From positions 18,972,001 to 19,036,000 of the forward strand of contig OX597832.1 in the NCBI GenBank assembly GCA_951406725.2: a stretch of DNA of 64,000 nt. Direction: 5' to 3'. Made by a program: the position numbers and the translations under genes. The notes beneath the pieces are model-generated. The model ran no database searches. It saw nothing but the letters and a program-made list of their open reading frames with translations, and was not told the origin of the DNA. Origin of the DNA: Octopus vulgaris. Taxonomy: Eukaryota. Positions 1 through 14,586 of this stretch are shown one piece after another. Positions within the stretch are counted from its first letter, which is position 1. Every line of letters starts with the position of its first letter.

Positions 1-683
1 AGATCGACCTCTTTAAAATCTCGGCTTAGATCACATTTTGAATTCATAAAGGAAAATAAACCGGGTGTCAGCTGTGCAAATATAAATGTAATTTATTAAC
101 TTGAAAAATTCAAAACAATCGCGTCGATTTAGTAGCCTATATATTAAGGACATTTTATTAATCTACGTATATCTACGGTTATACATACAATAGTAAGTGT
201 GTTCGTGTGTGCGCTCGCTTAAGTGTGTGTGTGTTTGTAGGGAGAGAGAAATTTGTGAATGTAAGTGTATATGTGTACAAATGTATACAATCAACATTTT
301 GTCTCCTCGTTTGCCACCTTAATTTTATTTGAATAATAAAACCTGACGTACCATTTATCAGACTTACATACTAATATCGTACAAGCGTTTGACCAACTTA
401 GGGATTCTTCTCGTTGTTTAATTAATGGGGGATACGTGTCACTCAGATAGGTTTCTATCGTCTCCAAAGCGACCATGCCGCAATGCAGTCTTGGGCATAC
501 AGTCAGAAGAGATGGTCACGGAAGGAATAGGTGAAGCATAGATGCGCTTCATTTCAGTTCAAATGTGGATTAACACAATCAGTGGCAGACATCACTTTAT
601 TTATAATATATTGATAAATATATACGCATACACAGGGGCGCGTGCACACACACACATACGCATGTAAATGTATGTATATATAT

Positions 684-784
<101 letters not shown>

Positions 785-892
785 ATAAATAGATAGATAG
801 ATAGATAGATAAATAAATAGATAGATAGATAGATAAATAGATATATATGTATGTATGTGTATGCATGTATACATATAAATATATATAGAGTT

Positions 893-1070
893 AATCCAAA
901 CAAGAAAGCACAAAAAAAACACAACAACGCGAGGACGTGGAACAAATATAATATTATTGGACGCTCAGGAAAGAAGGAAATAAGGAGGGTTTAACGTTTC
1001 GAGTGGAGCTCTTCGTCGGAAACATAGGAGAAGGAAAGATCCAGAGAAGGGAAGACAGAGGAAAAAAATC
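893..1070 (-). mobile_element. Penelope-like element terminal fragment with minimal hammerhead-like motif
   Basis: Minus strand 989-1023 reads GTTT-CCGACGA-A-GAG-CTCCA-CTC-GAAA-CGT-T-AAAC. This matches the layout of minimal type-I hammerheads known from Penelope-like element ends. A similar motif occurs at 50344-50378. Confidence 0.4.
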
Positions 1071-1560
1071 GCAGATAGATAAATAGATATGTAGGTAGGT
1101 AGGTAGGTAGGTAGGTAGGTAGGTAGGTAGGTAGGTAGGTAGGTAGGTAGGTAGGAAGGTAAGTAGGCAGGCACGCAGTTAGGTAGCTATTTAGCATATA
1201 CATATGTATACTTTTATATATAAATATATGCGTATAATTAAATGCAAATGTTCCCCAATAATCCATCGTGTTTACGCATAGAACGCTACTTAAAACGCTT
1301 TCGTTTCAAAGAAGCACAACGGTGAAACGTACGTAGGAATCTAATGATATAATTGTATTTTATCATATTACCTCCTACAACTGCTATGCTTATCATAACC
1401 AGTAAAACCACTACGCAAACTAATAACTTAAGCATTTTAGTTGATACGATGTGGGTGATGTCGTAATTTACCTGGAGGTCTGATATACATGAATACGATG
1501 AATGAGTGTTCTAATTTTGCCGAACCACATGCAAAAGAGAATTGTTTTGTTTTTTTTTAT

Positions 1561-1870
1561 TTATGCGCCCTTTTCAAGCCTAAATTGGCTCATGGGCCCG
1601 GTTTCCTGGTTTCTGTGGCGTATATGTTCCCCCCAGCTGGACGGGACGCCAGTCGATCGCAGCGTTACTCCTCAAGAAGCATGAAGAGAGGGTGACAGAA
1701 AGTTGGGGCGAAAGAGTATAACAAGGGTCGCCACCACGCCCTGCCGGTGCCTCATGGAGCTTTAGGTGTTTTCGCTCAATAAACATACACAACGCCAGGT
1801 CTGGGAATCGAAACCGTGATCCTCCGACCGCGAGTCCGCTGCCTTAAACCACTAGGCCATTGCTCCTCCA
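1561..1870 (-). mobile_element. tRNA-derived SINE, family A head with a V-domain-like 3' part
   Basis: Minus-strand head TGGAGGAGCAATGGCCTAGTGG (A box) ... GGTTTCGATTCCC (B box), shared with the copies at 17249, 18005, 35315 and 52052. The 3' part contains CTGCGATCGACTGGCGTCCCGTCCAG...AGAAACC. Confidence 0.8.
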
Positions 1871-2353
1871 CGGAATTATTTATAGTGATGAAATATTCCT
1901 GCTACACATTACTTCACTTGCTTCATCAAATCAACGTTGTCTGAAGAGGAGCACGCCGCAGAATGAGTCAGGAATCGAAGTGACTGCAGATCATCGTGAG
2001 TGGAAACCGGTTTGCTTATGAACACAACGCATCAGCCGATATAGTAATTAAAACCATGATAGGTAGAGACTGAAGAACACTGAGCATGATTTGAATTTGA
2101 GATAACCATAGAGAATATTCGCCGTTGAACTGAAGATTATTGCAGTCAACATAATAAAGACATTGTTAAAACGTGAACTCGCGGATTAACAGCAACGATG
2201 CATTAGCTCGACGAATCACATTTTCTATATTTCCGTCGTTTATAATATAAAGGCCACGATTGATAATTTCCATATGGATGTATGCATGAATGTACATATA
2301 TATATATATGTATATATACATCCATACATATATATATATCCATACATATATAT

Positions 2354-2405
<52 letters not shown>

Positions 2406-2500
2406 ATGCATATATATATATAAATATATATACATACATACACACACACGCACACATATATATATATATATAATATATATATATATGCATATACATACAT

Positions 2501-2624
<124 letters not shown>

Positions 2625-3194
2625 GGTCTATAAAGAAAAAGAAACATATTGTCCGAGTTAATGTAATTTACTGAAGAAACAGCATGGAAGCAAATCCAAT
2701 TTTGCTGACGTAACATTTGTTTGTATTGGCCATACAATCAATAAAACCGTTCTGCAAGTACACCAGAGGGTGCCAGCTCCTTGTAACTTTCAATATAAAC
2801 AACTGCATCCATACACAAGAAAGACCGAGACACATGTATCCACAGACGCATATGTATATACATACACAAACATACACTGTGACAAATATTTAAAAATACA
2901 AACAAAAGAAACACAAGAAAAGAAAATCGTACAAATATGTTTCTACGATGCTCAGATACATTTTGAATGCTACACACATACACAGAAGTATATAGATTTA
3001 AACACTTACGTAAATACAAACTCATACATACATACGTACATACATACATATATACATAAATATATATATATATACATACATATATATATATATAATATAT
3101 GTATATATATATATATATATATAATATATGTGTGTGTTATGTATATATATATATATATATATATATAATATGTGTGTGTATATATATATATATA

Positions 3195-3283
<89 letters not shown>

Positions 3284-3618
3284 ATATATATATATGTATG
3301 TACATGTATATATCTACACACACAGCAAGAACGTTGGTCGTTCAGACGTAGAAGTTGCGTAATCCAAACGTGATCTAAGATTTTAATAGTGTTTGTGTAT
3401 ATGTCTTTAATGAGCAAAGTATTTCAGAAATACGAACACAAATACACTCGCACAGAGTCTTAACACGTTTAAATGTAGTAATAAACACAAACATGTGGTC
3501 ATACAAACACAACTGCATTTGTCAAAATTCTAAACAACTTTACATACAAACAAATTGAATAGAGACACACTTACTTCCGCAGACACACAGTGAGACATCT
3601 GTACGTACAATCACAGAT

Positions 3619-3661
<43 letters not shown>

Positions 3662-3663
3662 TT

Positions 3664-3715
<52 letters not shown>

Positions 3716-4159
3716 TACTTATATATATAATATACACATACATATATATATTATATATGTATATATTATGTATATATGTGTGTGTTTAGAATAAATATGT
3801 ATATTTTCTGTTTGTTAATGAGGAATATAATTACATTTATCTATATGAGAGCGAAAAACATTACAAAACTGTCTGTAGAATCGTATGACATTTACGTCAT
3901 TTCAAATATAGATGTTACATCTTCTTAGTGGTAAATCTATCTGGATATTATTCTTTGATGTTAATCTATAGCTTCACAGTTTGGAATAAACAAATAACGT
4001 AAAGAAAATAAGAGGAGATCATTGAAACACACAACCGCAACGGCAATTACATGAATGTACAGTACATACCATATAAACTTACATAGTCATATTTCAGTAG
4101 ATACGTGAAGAGATATGTTATTCACAGGAAAGTATGTATTATGTATGTATGTATGTATG

Positions 4160-4650
4160 ATCGTCTCTTTGCAACAGCTCAGGTACAGGGAAAGGCTGAA
4201 ACAGCTAAGACTCTACTCCCTGGAGAGAAGACGGGAGATGTACGCAGTCATATATACCTGGAAGATCCTGGATTGAATTGTGCCAAATTTTGGCATTGAA
4301 AGCTACACCAATGCCAGAACGGGACGACACTGCATAGTGCCAAATATACCAGCAACGCCATCACGCTCCAGGACCAGTTACTGCAACAGCCTGGGTTTCA
4401 AGGGCCCACAGATTCTTAATATTCTCCCAAGGTTTCTGAGGAACTTGCACAAAGTCGATGTAGGGGATTTTAAATCAAAGCTGAACTTCTTCCTGTCGAA
4501 AGTCCCAGATGAACCTACCTCACGGCAAGAGGTGAAAATGAGGGTAGCTATATCAAACGCCGTTCTTCACAAAGTGCTACATATTATAGGAGGCTCTTAG
4601 TAATAACGGTGGTGCATCAGCATGGCCACAGTTCTGAGCTGAAACTAGAG
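4160..4650 (+). mobile_element. 5'-truncated LINE 3' end (CR1/L2-group ORF2 C-terminus and 3' tail), decayed
   Basis: Translates IVSLQQLRYRERLKQLRLYSLERRREMYAVIYTWKIL, then (ORF 4280-4600) LGFKGPQILNILP...FKSKLNFFLSKVPDEP. This is a typical post-RT region. It ends in GGTGCATCAGCATGGCCACAG...CTGAAACT. Confidence 0.75.
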
Positions 4651-4839
4651 AGAAAAATATATATATACATAAGTGTGTGTGTGACTGTGTAAGAAATAGA
4701 TTTATTGATGTTCGTTGTTGAAATATCGATGGTGGTCATTAGCAAATTTTGAAGGTACGTTTCTTTGGACCAAATCATTTCCAAGAATATATTCTTAAGA
4801 ATAGAGTCGGTTCTCAAATGACATCAACCTCCTCCTTAA

Positions 4840-5955
4840 TCTGAGTATGCACTAAAGTAAAGGTGGCAATTAGCGACGCATTCGCTTGTCTGATTCCTTT
4901 TATGGAAAGTGTAAACAGGCATCTTCACAGGATAAAATATATATGTCTCTAGCGGGAAAAAATCTAATTTTTTATTTGAAGAAAAGGGATGCTTAAAAGG
5001 ATTTAAGGGTACTAATGTCGCAGTGAAGAGCTGCAAACGGCACCAAACACCTTGTGCGTGACCTGGATAGACGATAGAAAGTCTTACGACATGTTGCCTC
5101 ACTCGTAGATTCTGAAAACATTCAACAGGCTTTGAATAGCTGAGAACGCGTGTGCATTAATTTAGAGCAACAATGCCTAGTGGTAAAACACGTCTTAACT
5201 GTAACAACCTGCACTTAGCCGAGGTAACAATCAAAAGTGGTATCTTTCTAGGAGATATTTGTTTATCTTTCTTATTTATGAAGGACTTATCCAGCTTCCT
5301 GACACCCAGGGCAGAGAAACGTACTATATACACTGGTAGGCCATTTATACAAGCACACCAGTTTGTTCTATGCAAAGTCAAAGCGCGCTATGAACTGAGT
5401 AAAATGGACGTCTCAACCACCTTCTTTTCATAATTGATACAATTGTGTTCGCAAAAACAGAGCCTGAATTGGAGAAGCTGGATGAGACAGTGTAGTCGGG
5501 CATCAAAGATATAAGAATGCAATTCGTGATCTCAAAATGTGAGGCGCTCACTTTGAAGTGTAGGAGAAGAGCAGATTATAAGGGCATAGAAATGCTAAAC
5601 GGAGAGGGAATGGAAGGTCCGTATGTTGGTGGGCACAAATATCCGAAGCTTGATATTATGCACAGAGTAAAAGGTTACCACTGAATATTTGAAGCGCCTC
5701 GAGGTCAAAACTCTACGCAAGAACCTTGTAACTGCCATCAATACATGCGATGCTGCTGTAGTCCGCTATACTGCCCCCATTTTGAAATGGACCCTAGCGG
5801 AGATTGACGAACACGGTCGTACTACTCGATAGATGATGTCAATGCATGCTACTCTTCACTCTAAGTTGAACGTACAGAAACTCTCACTGACAAAGTGTAA
5901 AGGTAGATGTGGCCTGATTAGCGTACGGGAGTGCATCAACAGTGAAAGAGGAAAC
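4840..5955 (+). pseudogene. Decayed reverse transcriptase region of an R4/Dong-like non-LTR retrotransposon
   Basis: Frameshifted motifs appear in the expected order: EKGC.KG, TWID.RKSYDMLPHS, VTIKSGIFLGD (cf. RGIFQGD), LNHLLFI.D, KDIRMQFVISKC, NLVTAINT...VVRYTAPILKWT, KGRCGLISVRECI. Confidence 0.75.
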
Positions 5956-5956
5956 T

Positions 5957-6106
5957 AGTCGATTACATCGACCCCAGTTGTACTTCATTTATCGACCCCG
6001 AAAGGATGAAAAGCAAAGTCGACCTCGGCGGAATTTGAAATAAGAACGTGTAGACGGACGGAATGCTAGCAAACATTTTGACTGGCTTCTGCCGGCTCGA
6101 CGGCCT
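5957..6106 (-). mobile_element. SINE family C fragment
   Basis: Contains TCGATTACATCGACCCCAG...TTTATCGACCCCGAAAGGATGAAAAGCAAAGTCGACCTCGGCGGAATTTGAA, matching the full copy at 28570-28800. Confidence 0.8.
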
Positions 6107-6630
6107 ATTCTTCCAAATAATTTGAAAGTTTGACACAAGGTCAACAATTTCGGGGAATGGGATTAATCAATTACATAGATCTTAGTGATTTCAGTCCTTG
6201 TGCCTTTAGGAGAAATGACTATTATTGTTATTGTTGTTGCTGTGGTTGTTATTATTGTTGTTGATGCTGTTGTAGTTGTTGGTGTTCTATTTGTTGTTGT
6301 TGTTGTTGTTGTTGTTTTGTTGTGTATGTCGTTGTTGTCCGATTGAGATTGGTAAAATATTTTCGAACGGAACAAGGAAGATAATCCATCAGCAAAATCC
6401 CTAAACTTCAAACGTGTCAAAACAGAGAAATATAGGTAACAAGTGAAGAACAAACAGAAAGCGGGAGAGAGAGAGAGAGAGAGAGGAAGAAAAGGTAGGA
6501 ACAGAACAGAAGGATAACAATAAAAGAAGGAAATACAGCGTGAGAGAGAAAGATAGAGAGCCAGAGATAACAAGAGACAATAGAGAAAGTAAGGACAGTA
6601 GAGGAAATGAGAGAGAAAGAGAAAGAGAGC

Positions 6631-6669
<39 letters not shown>

Positions 6670-7309
6670 TGAGAGATGAGAGTAAGCGATGAATAAAAAG
6701 AAAGAAATTTGGAAAGAAAAGGGACCTAGCGATGTGTACAGAGATAGGAAATGAAAAGAAAATATGAAGGCATAGACAAAGGAAAAGCGATAGAAGGATA
6801 GACCAGAGACAGGATCTGAAACAGCGTAGATATATCTAACATAATAGAGAGGGTAAGAGAAAAATGGGGAGAAAGAGAGAGAGCAAGATAGATAGAGGGG
6901 GAATCAAAGGGAGGAAGAGGGATACTGCAGGGTGAGGAAAGGAAAATTTCAGAAGGCAATGAAGAGAATAACAATGGAAATGATATGAATGTCTTTAAAA
7001 CGATTTCTACGGCTATCTGTAATGGTTTGTTGTCGTCACACACAGAGATAACAAGTGTTATTTATCTCAAACGAAATAAATGGTCGCCAAACCATGCGCC
7101 ATCTTGCATCATACACCAGCCAGCCAGACCCCTTGCCTTGATCCATCTACAACACATCGAAAGCATTCGGAAGTTTTCTTTGCAAACTGGCTCTTTACAT
7201 ATTACGCGTTCTATTTATCCTAGATAGCTAAAGTTCAGACGTTTGATTAGAATCGGAGCAACAGAGGATATATCAAATGCACACACACACACACACATCC
7301 ACAGATTTA

Positions 7310-7340
<31 letters not shown>

Positions 7341-7374
7341 CGCATGAATGTGTTTCTGCACATACAAATACATA

Positions 7375-7412
<38 letters not shown>

Positions 7413-7443
7413 TGTATCTCTCGCTCTCTGACTCTCTCTCTCT

Positions 7444-7537
<94 letters not shown>

Positions 7538-7653
7538 TTATGTATGTATATATGTATATATTTATATATCTAAATACATGTATATGAGATACGTACGTGC
7601 GTTAGCATTTTTCTGAAAGCGCGTATGTGACACGGAGTGTATATATATATATA

Positions 7654-7697
<44 letters not shown>

Positions 7698-7880
7698 GTG
7701 TGTACAGATATACACGTTAATATGATGAAGGCGTACGTGGTCGATCTTGTATGAAACTATAATTGAAGTACATTATCCTTGTACGAAACCATTGATTCTG
7801 TGCACATCTATGCAAATATAAGTATACAGGAAATTCTCTCCCTCTCGCTACGCACCCTCTACATATATATGTATATATGA

Positions 7881-7947
<67 letters not shown>

Positions 7948-8435
7948 AATATATGTATGTATATATATATCTATATGAGTGAATGTATATCTGTATATAT
8001 AAAACTATATTGTATTTATACTTGTGTGTATGTTCGTGTGTGTGCGTGTGTGTGCCCTCGAACGCGTGGTTGTGTATACACAACCTTTTATCGTCGTAAT
8101 TATCAGAATTCCCACCATTATAGGTATCATGAAATACATTTCCATCGACATTGTCCTTATCAAGATCCGATCCAATTCCGTACGTGATATTATCATCCAA
8201 ATATAAGCGCACAAACACACACACACTACTAACGTATGTATGTATATGTATTCATTTATTTATGAAATTTTTGATTTTTTGTGTGTAGCTCTGGGCCAAG
8301 TCGTAAATATCGGTATGTGAATTCTGCATAAGTGTATCTATGTGTATATTTACGGGTATTTTTGCAATATCTGAAGAACATTATCTAAACACATAATATT
8401 AATATTGGTTATCAAATTAAAATTATCATATATAT

Positions 8436-8544
<109 letters not shown>

Positions 8545-8678
8545 TATGTATGTATGTATGTATATATTCCTAGGTCAAGTTTAGATAAAGTACTAGATTT
8601 TGTTTTTTTTAAGTATTTTTTAGGTATTGTTATGTTTTTTTCACTTCCTGAAAATCTTTCAACAATAATTTTTTCGCA

Positions 8679-8950
<272 letters not shown>

Positions 8951-9694
8951 GTTTTTCTTTTTGGTATTGTTGTTGTTGTGGTTATCAATCTTATTGCTCC
9001 TATTTTTATTTTCCTGATAACGTTACTGATGTTGATCATAATGCTGTTCTTGTAGTTTTTTGCAATTCTTTTCTTCTTGTAATTTTTTTTTCCTGATTAT
9101 TTTTCTTCTGATGTTTGTAGCTGACTTCTTTTTTTCCTTTTGCTTTTTCTATGCCGGCAAGATAAGCGCGGCCTGTCTCGGCTCTGTTTGAAATGTCAGC
9201 AGATTATCAAAAAGTTTTTACTTCACAATAAGAGCGACAGAGATATCAACGTTATATACAAAGATGGCTGCCTTTTGATGATAGTCTTGCCGTCTTTATA
9301 TCATCATTTTGTTCGTCATATTTTTCGCTGATTTCTATTTGGTTATCGTTGTTTGTCTTTTTGTTACAGTTCTTCGTGTTTGTCGTGTTTAAATCGGTTG
9401 ATAGTTAACGGTGTTAAATTGGTAATATCATTTATATGATGGAGAAGGCGGCGCTGATCATAGCGATGACATTTTTGACCAAGCGGGGAGGAGCGATCTA
9501 GTTTTTGATTTTGTTGACTGATGTTAGTCAATATTCGCTCCGATATCAATCTGTTGACAACGCTTTGCCGGCTTAACTTGAAGTACTCAGTTTTTGATGT
9601 AGCTTTTTTTTCTTGCGTGTTATTTCAGTGTGTTTCTGCCTGCTATATTTATAAATATGGAATGAGTAACACTGTTTTCTATCACTGTATTTGG

Positions 9695-9751
<57 letters not shown>

Positions 9752-9793
9752 TATGTGTGTTTTTGTGTGCGCCTGTGTGTCTGTGTGAGCATA

Positions 9794-9851
<58 letters not shown>

Positions 9852-10060
9852 ATATATATACAAATAAATGTATATGTATATGTGTGCACATATTATGTAA
9901 ATATGCATGTATGCAGGTATATATATATATATGTCTATATTCCGGCAGCGCCCAAGCATAGCTACGGTCAAATGAATGGATAAAGAAACTCATTCCATCT
10001 GATTTTCTGGGCATTTGGTATATCATAACTGCCTCGACAAGTTGGGTTACAGCTCTTCAT

Positions 10061-10137
<77 letters not shown>

Positions 10138-10344
10138 ATGTCTGTCTGTCTGTCTTTCTATCTATCTGTCTATCTATCTATTTATCTGTTTATCTATCTA
10201 TCTGTTTGTCTATCCATTAGTCTATTAATCTAATTAATGGTTTGATTATCTAATTACCTGTCTGTCTGTATTTCTGTCTGTTTGTATATCTATCTGCTTA
10301 TTTCTTTTATTCTTCTCCTTCTTATTATTTATTGCACTTTATAC

Positions 10345-10545
10345 AGCGCTGAACTGCCAGAAAGTTAAACATACTGGACGAAATGCTTCACTGTATTCCA
10401 CCCGTCGCTAGGTTCCGAGTTCAAATTCCGCCAAGGTCCACTTTGCTTTTTCTCCTTTCCCTGTCAAGAAATTAATTACCAGTGAAACACTGGAGTCGAT
10501 GTAACTGACTGGTCCCTACCCCGCAAATTTCAGGGCTTTTGCCTT
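10345..10545 (+). mobile_element. SINE family C, diverged copy
   Basis: B box GAGTTCAAATTCC followed by GCCAAGGTCCACTTTGCTTTTTCTCCTTTC...ACTGGAGTCGATGTAA. Confidence 0.7.
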
Positions 10546-11343
10546 TATTTGAAGTAATTATTTATGTCTCTTTATCACCATTGATATTATTATGAAAAAT
10601 AGCAGCTGCAGAACCACCAAGGAAACTTCTATCACTTTACCCAACTGACACAATAATTAGAACATAGAAATCTTAACATATTTGCACTAAACCTTAAAAT
10701 CGGATTGTAATTTTAAGGAATATTTTTTTCCTGAATATCCATTAAGCTAAATTTTACCTTCATCTCGAATATTTCCGTTAATTACATCACCATCAACTCA
10801 TGATATAATCTCCATACCATCTTGAAGTTGCACTTACATATTCAAAGGTCCAATCACCAAGAAAGTAAGGAAGCATGGTAGGGTCTGTTATTGAACGTCA
10901 TTTATCAGACAGCGCGTAATAACGCGATATCTGAAGCAGATCTCTCATTCACGTAGACAACAAATAACAACTTTATATGCATGAGAGTAAGAAAATATAA
11001 CATTAAAATTGAAGGTTATCGAGAATGATAAACATAAAGGTAATTACAGCAGAGGAGAGTTTTCTAATTTTGTAACATAGCATAAGATTCCAAAACTGTA
11101 CGTTCATTCTCGAATATGAATAAAACACAGAGATATATTTTGTTTATGTTTCTGGTTGAAGAGTTAAGAGGGGGATATTTAAATAACTTGAGACCCCCTA
11201 GTGTGGAAATGGTTAATTGAAAATCATATTATCATGTTGAGAATTCATTAAAATTCCTTGGAATGTATATATGTGAATATCGTTGCTCATTTACACAGAC
11301 ACACAAACACACACATATATATATACATACATATACACACACA

Positions 11344-11378
<35 letters not shown>

Positions 11379-11418
11379 TACGTGTGTGTATATATATATG
11401 TATATATATATATATGTA

Positions 11419-11473
<55 letters not shown>

Positions 11474-11707
11474 GTATGTATATATATACCACACATACAC
11501 AAATATACATAGAGACAATCATATATACATACTTATAATCCAGTGAGTTAACACAGATCCTGCATTGATATATACATTTCTATACGCACAGATAAATATA
11601 TCATGTTGAGAAGCATAAAATCATTGATACATAAATACATACCTACACTTATACGCATAAGTATATGACCATGTATGAACATATGCATTTATGTGCATCA
11701 ACATATG

Positions 11708-11762
<55 letters not shown>

Positions 11763-11788
11763 GTACATACACATAAATGCATATGTTC

Positions 11789-11819
<31 letters not shown>

Positions 11820-12866
11820 TACACACACATATATATGTATGCATATATGTTAGCACATATATACATGTGTATGTGTGTTATTCCATAGGTACAAGATATG
11901 CATATATATATGCACATGTATCCGTATATATGTAATTTTATATAAAAATGTAAGTGTATATTTACTGGTGTGCGCGAATGAGTGTGCAAACACATCTAGG
12001 AACTAGAGTATATTTGAGTTGTCTAATTAATTTTCACGAAACTGATTTCAAAATTTTAAACAATTAATGAATATATTTTTCATAAAATCTAAATGTCTTT
12101 CTCGCCATGATATGTCAGCAAAACCAAAGAAATAACGGTTGTTATAACACTGAAATGTGTATTAATCTCTCTCTCTCTCCATATAGATATCTCTGTCTCT
12201 CTACCAAGCTGTTTATATGTATTTTGCTTCTCATTGCTTCTTTCAAATGCGTCTCGTATACACCTATATCCCCGTGCAAATATACATACGCGGTTATACA
12301 CATGTACTCATATGCATACGCACGTTCATGACCCCCTTTCCCCCACACACATATGTGTGTATGTGTGTCTCTGTCTCCTCTGTGTCTGTGTGTGAGTCTG
12401 TTTCTGTGTGTTTCTGCCTGTGTCTATCTTTGGATTTATAATGAGATGCCAGAAGCTGTTCATATAAATACAGAAGACATAGCCAAGCCTTTCAGAGCCT
12501 GGAATACATTCTTATATGTTTACCGGTAACAATCAATGGCGGTTAACATCAAAGGTTTAAGTATATCGCCAGCCAATTTGCAATTTCAAATTTGTACAAC
12601 ATTTATACCCATGGTTATAAATGACTGAAGTTTTGAACTCCTCGGAATTATCAACAAAGTTTTTACACAGTATTATGACTTTCCTCAAAGACATGTGCTC
12701 GGATTTTCATCTTGTCTCTAATATTCTGAGAATATATTTTCGAACATTGCTACTTTAACTATGTTGTAATATCGAGATACAGGTAAGCACAACAACACCA
12801 TTATCGAGATGTTTACGGGGAAAACAGTGCACAAAGAAACACTTCCGCACGCACGCACGCACGTAT

Positions 12867-12942
<76 letters not shown>

Positions 12943-12949
12943 GCTGAGA

Positions 12950-13379
<430 letters not shown>

Positions 13380-13380
13380 G

Positions 13381-13489
13381 ACTGTTTGGTCAACCTGAAG
13401 ACACTTGCCTAAGGCGCCGAACAATAGGAATCAATTCAAACCATGTGGCTGGGAAGGAAACTGCTTACCACTCAGCCACGCCTGCGCCT
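13381..13489 (-). mobile_element. SINE family B head fragment
   Basis: Minus strand AGGCGCAGGCGTGGCTGAGTGGTAAGCAG...CACATGG...GCAAGTGTCTTC, homologous to 25850 and 49720. Confidence 0.75.
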
Positions 13490-13745
13490 ATATATACAAA
13501 CATGCGCCTGTGTGCGTGAGAGAGACGCCCGATCGCATAAATATGAAAAGCACGTAAACGCGCACACAACTCTTGACAAAAACTGCAAGCTTTCATACGT
13601 TTACGTACAAATACAAGAATGTTCACCTGCAAGTTCTCTAGTCTTCTATATGAACACAATAACATACATGCATCCTAAACACGCCTTCACGACTATGTAA
13701 CAGGTACGTAAGCACACATTTTCAGATGTACACACACACGCATAC

Positions 13746-13813
<68 letters not shown>

Positions 13814-13929
13814 CACCCCAACACACACACGGACTCTTACAAGCAATAACATATATGCAGCGGATATACACAGTTGTCACATATACACACGTATTAGTCA
13901 ACGACAGTATTCCCATAACGCTGATACAC

Positions 13930-14586
13930 ATGTGGTATTAAAATGTTCCCTGACTAGTTATGTTTTAAAAAATAAGTAACATATATTCCTAAGTTTTAAC
14001 GTCATCTTCCTCGAAATTGTCATCTTTCACAGCAATGCATCGGTTCCAACGTTCCTTTCACTTTTGGAATTCGGTCTGGAAGTCATTTTGCGTAAGTGAG
14101 TCAAGGACCATCTTTGATTCGTTCTGGACCCCGACAACTGTTTTAAAGCGGCGACCTTTGAGCTGTACATTTTATCTTGGAGAAGAGATGGAAGTCCGCT
14201 AGTGCTAAATCTGGTGAATAGGTCGGGATGAGGCCAAAGCGATATCATGTTGCTTTTGGCGAGAAATGACCGAGAAGAGCTCGGTAATAAAGTGCATTGC
14301 CGTCGTGAAGAATCCATATCTTTGCGATCAATAGATCCGGTCACTTTCGCCGAATGGCCTCCCTTGAATGCCTCAAAACTTCGTAGTGGAACTCTTGAGT
14401 GACAGTCTGTCTTTACGGGTGGAATTCTCTATGAACAATACCACATTTCTTGGGGTGACGCTCATTGCAGGTCTTCTAGATCACGTCTCGTCTTCCAAGG
14501 AAGTTCTTCCGCTTTTAAAGCACCCGTGCCACTCGAAACATTGCGTATGATCAAATGACTTGTCGTCGTAAGCTTCCTCCAAAAAC
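13930..14586 (-). mobile_element. Internally deleted mariner transposase relic
   Basis: On the minus strand the N-terminal segment QCFEWHGCFKSGRTSLEDE is joined near 14445 to GIVHREF...ILHDGNA...SPDLALADFHLFSK...LKGRRF...KERWNRCIA. It is truncated by the family D repeat at 14587. Confidence 0.75.
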
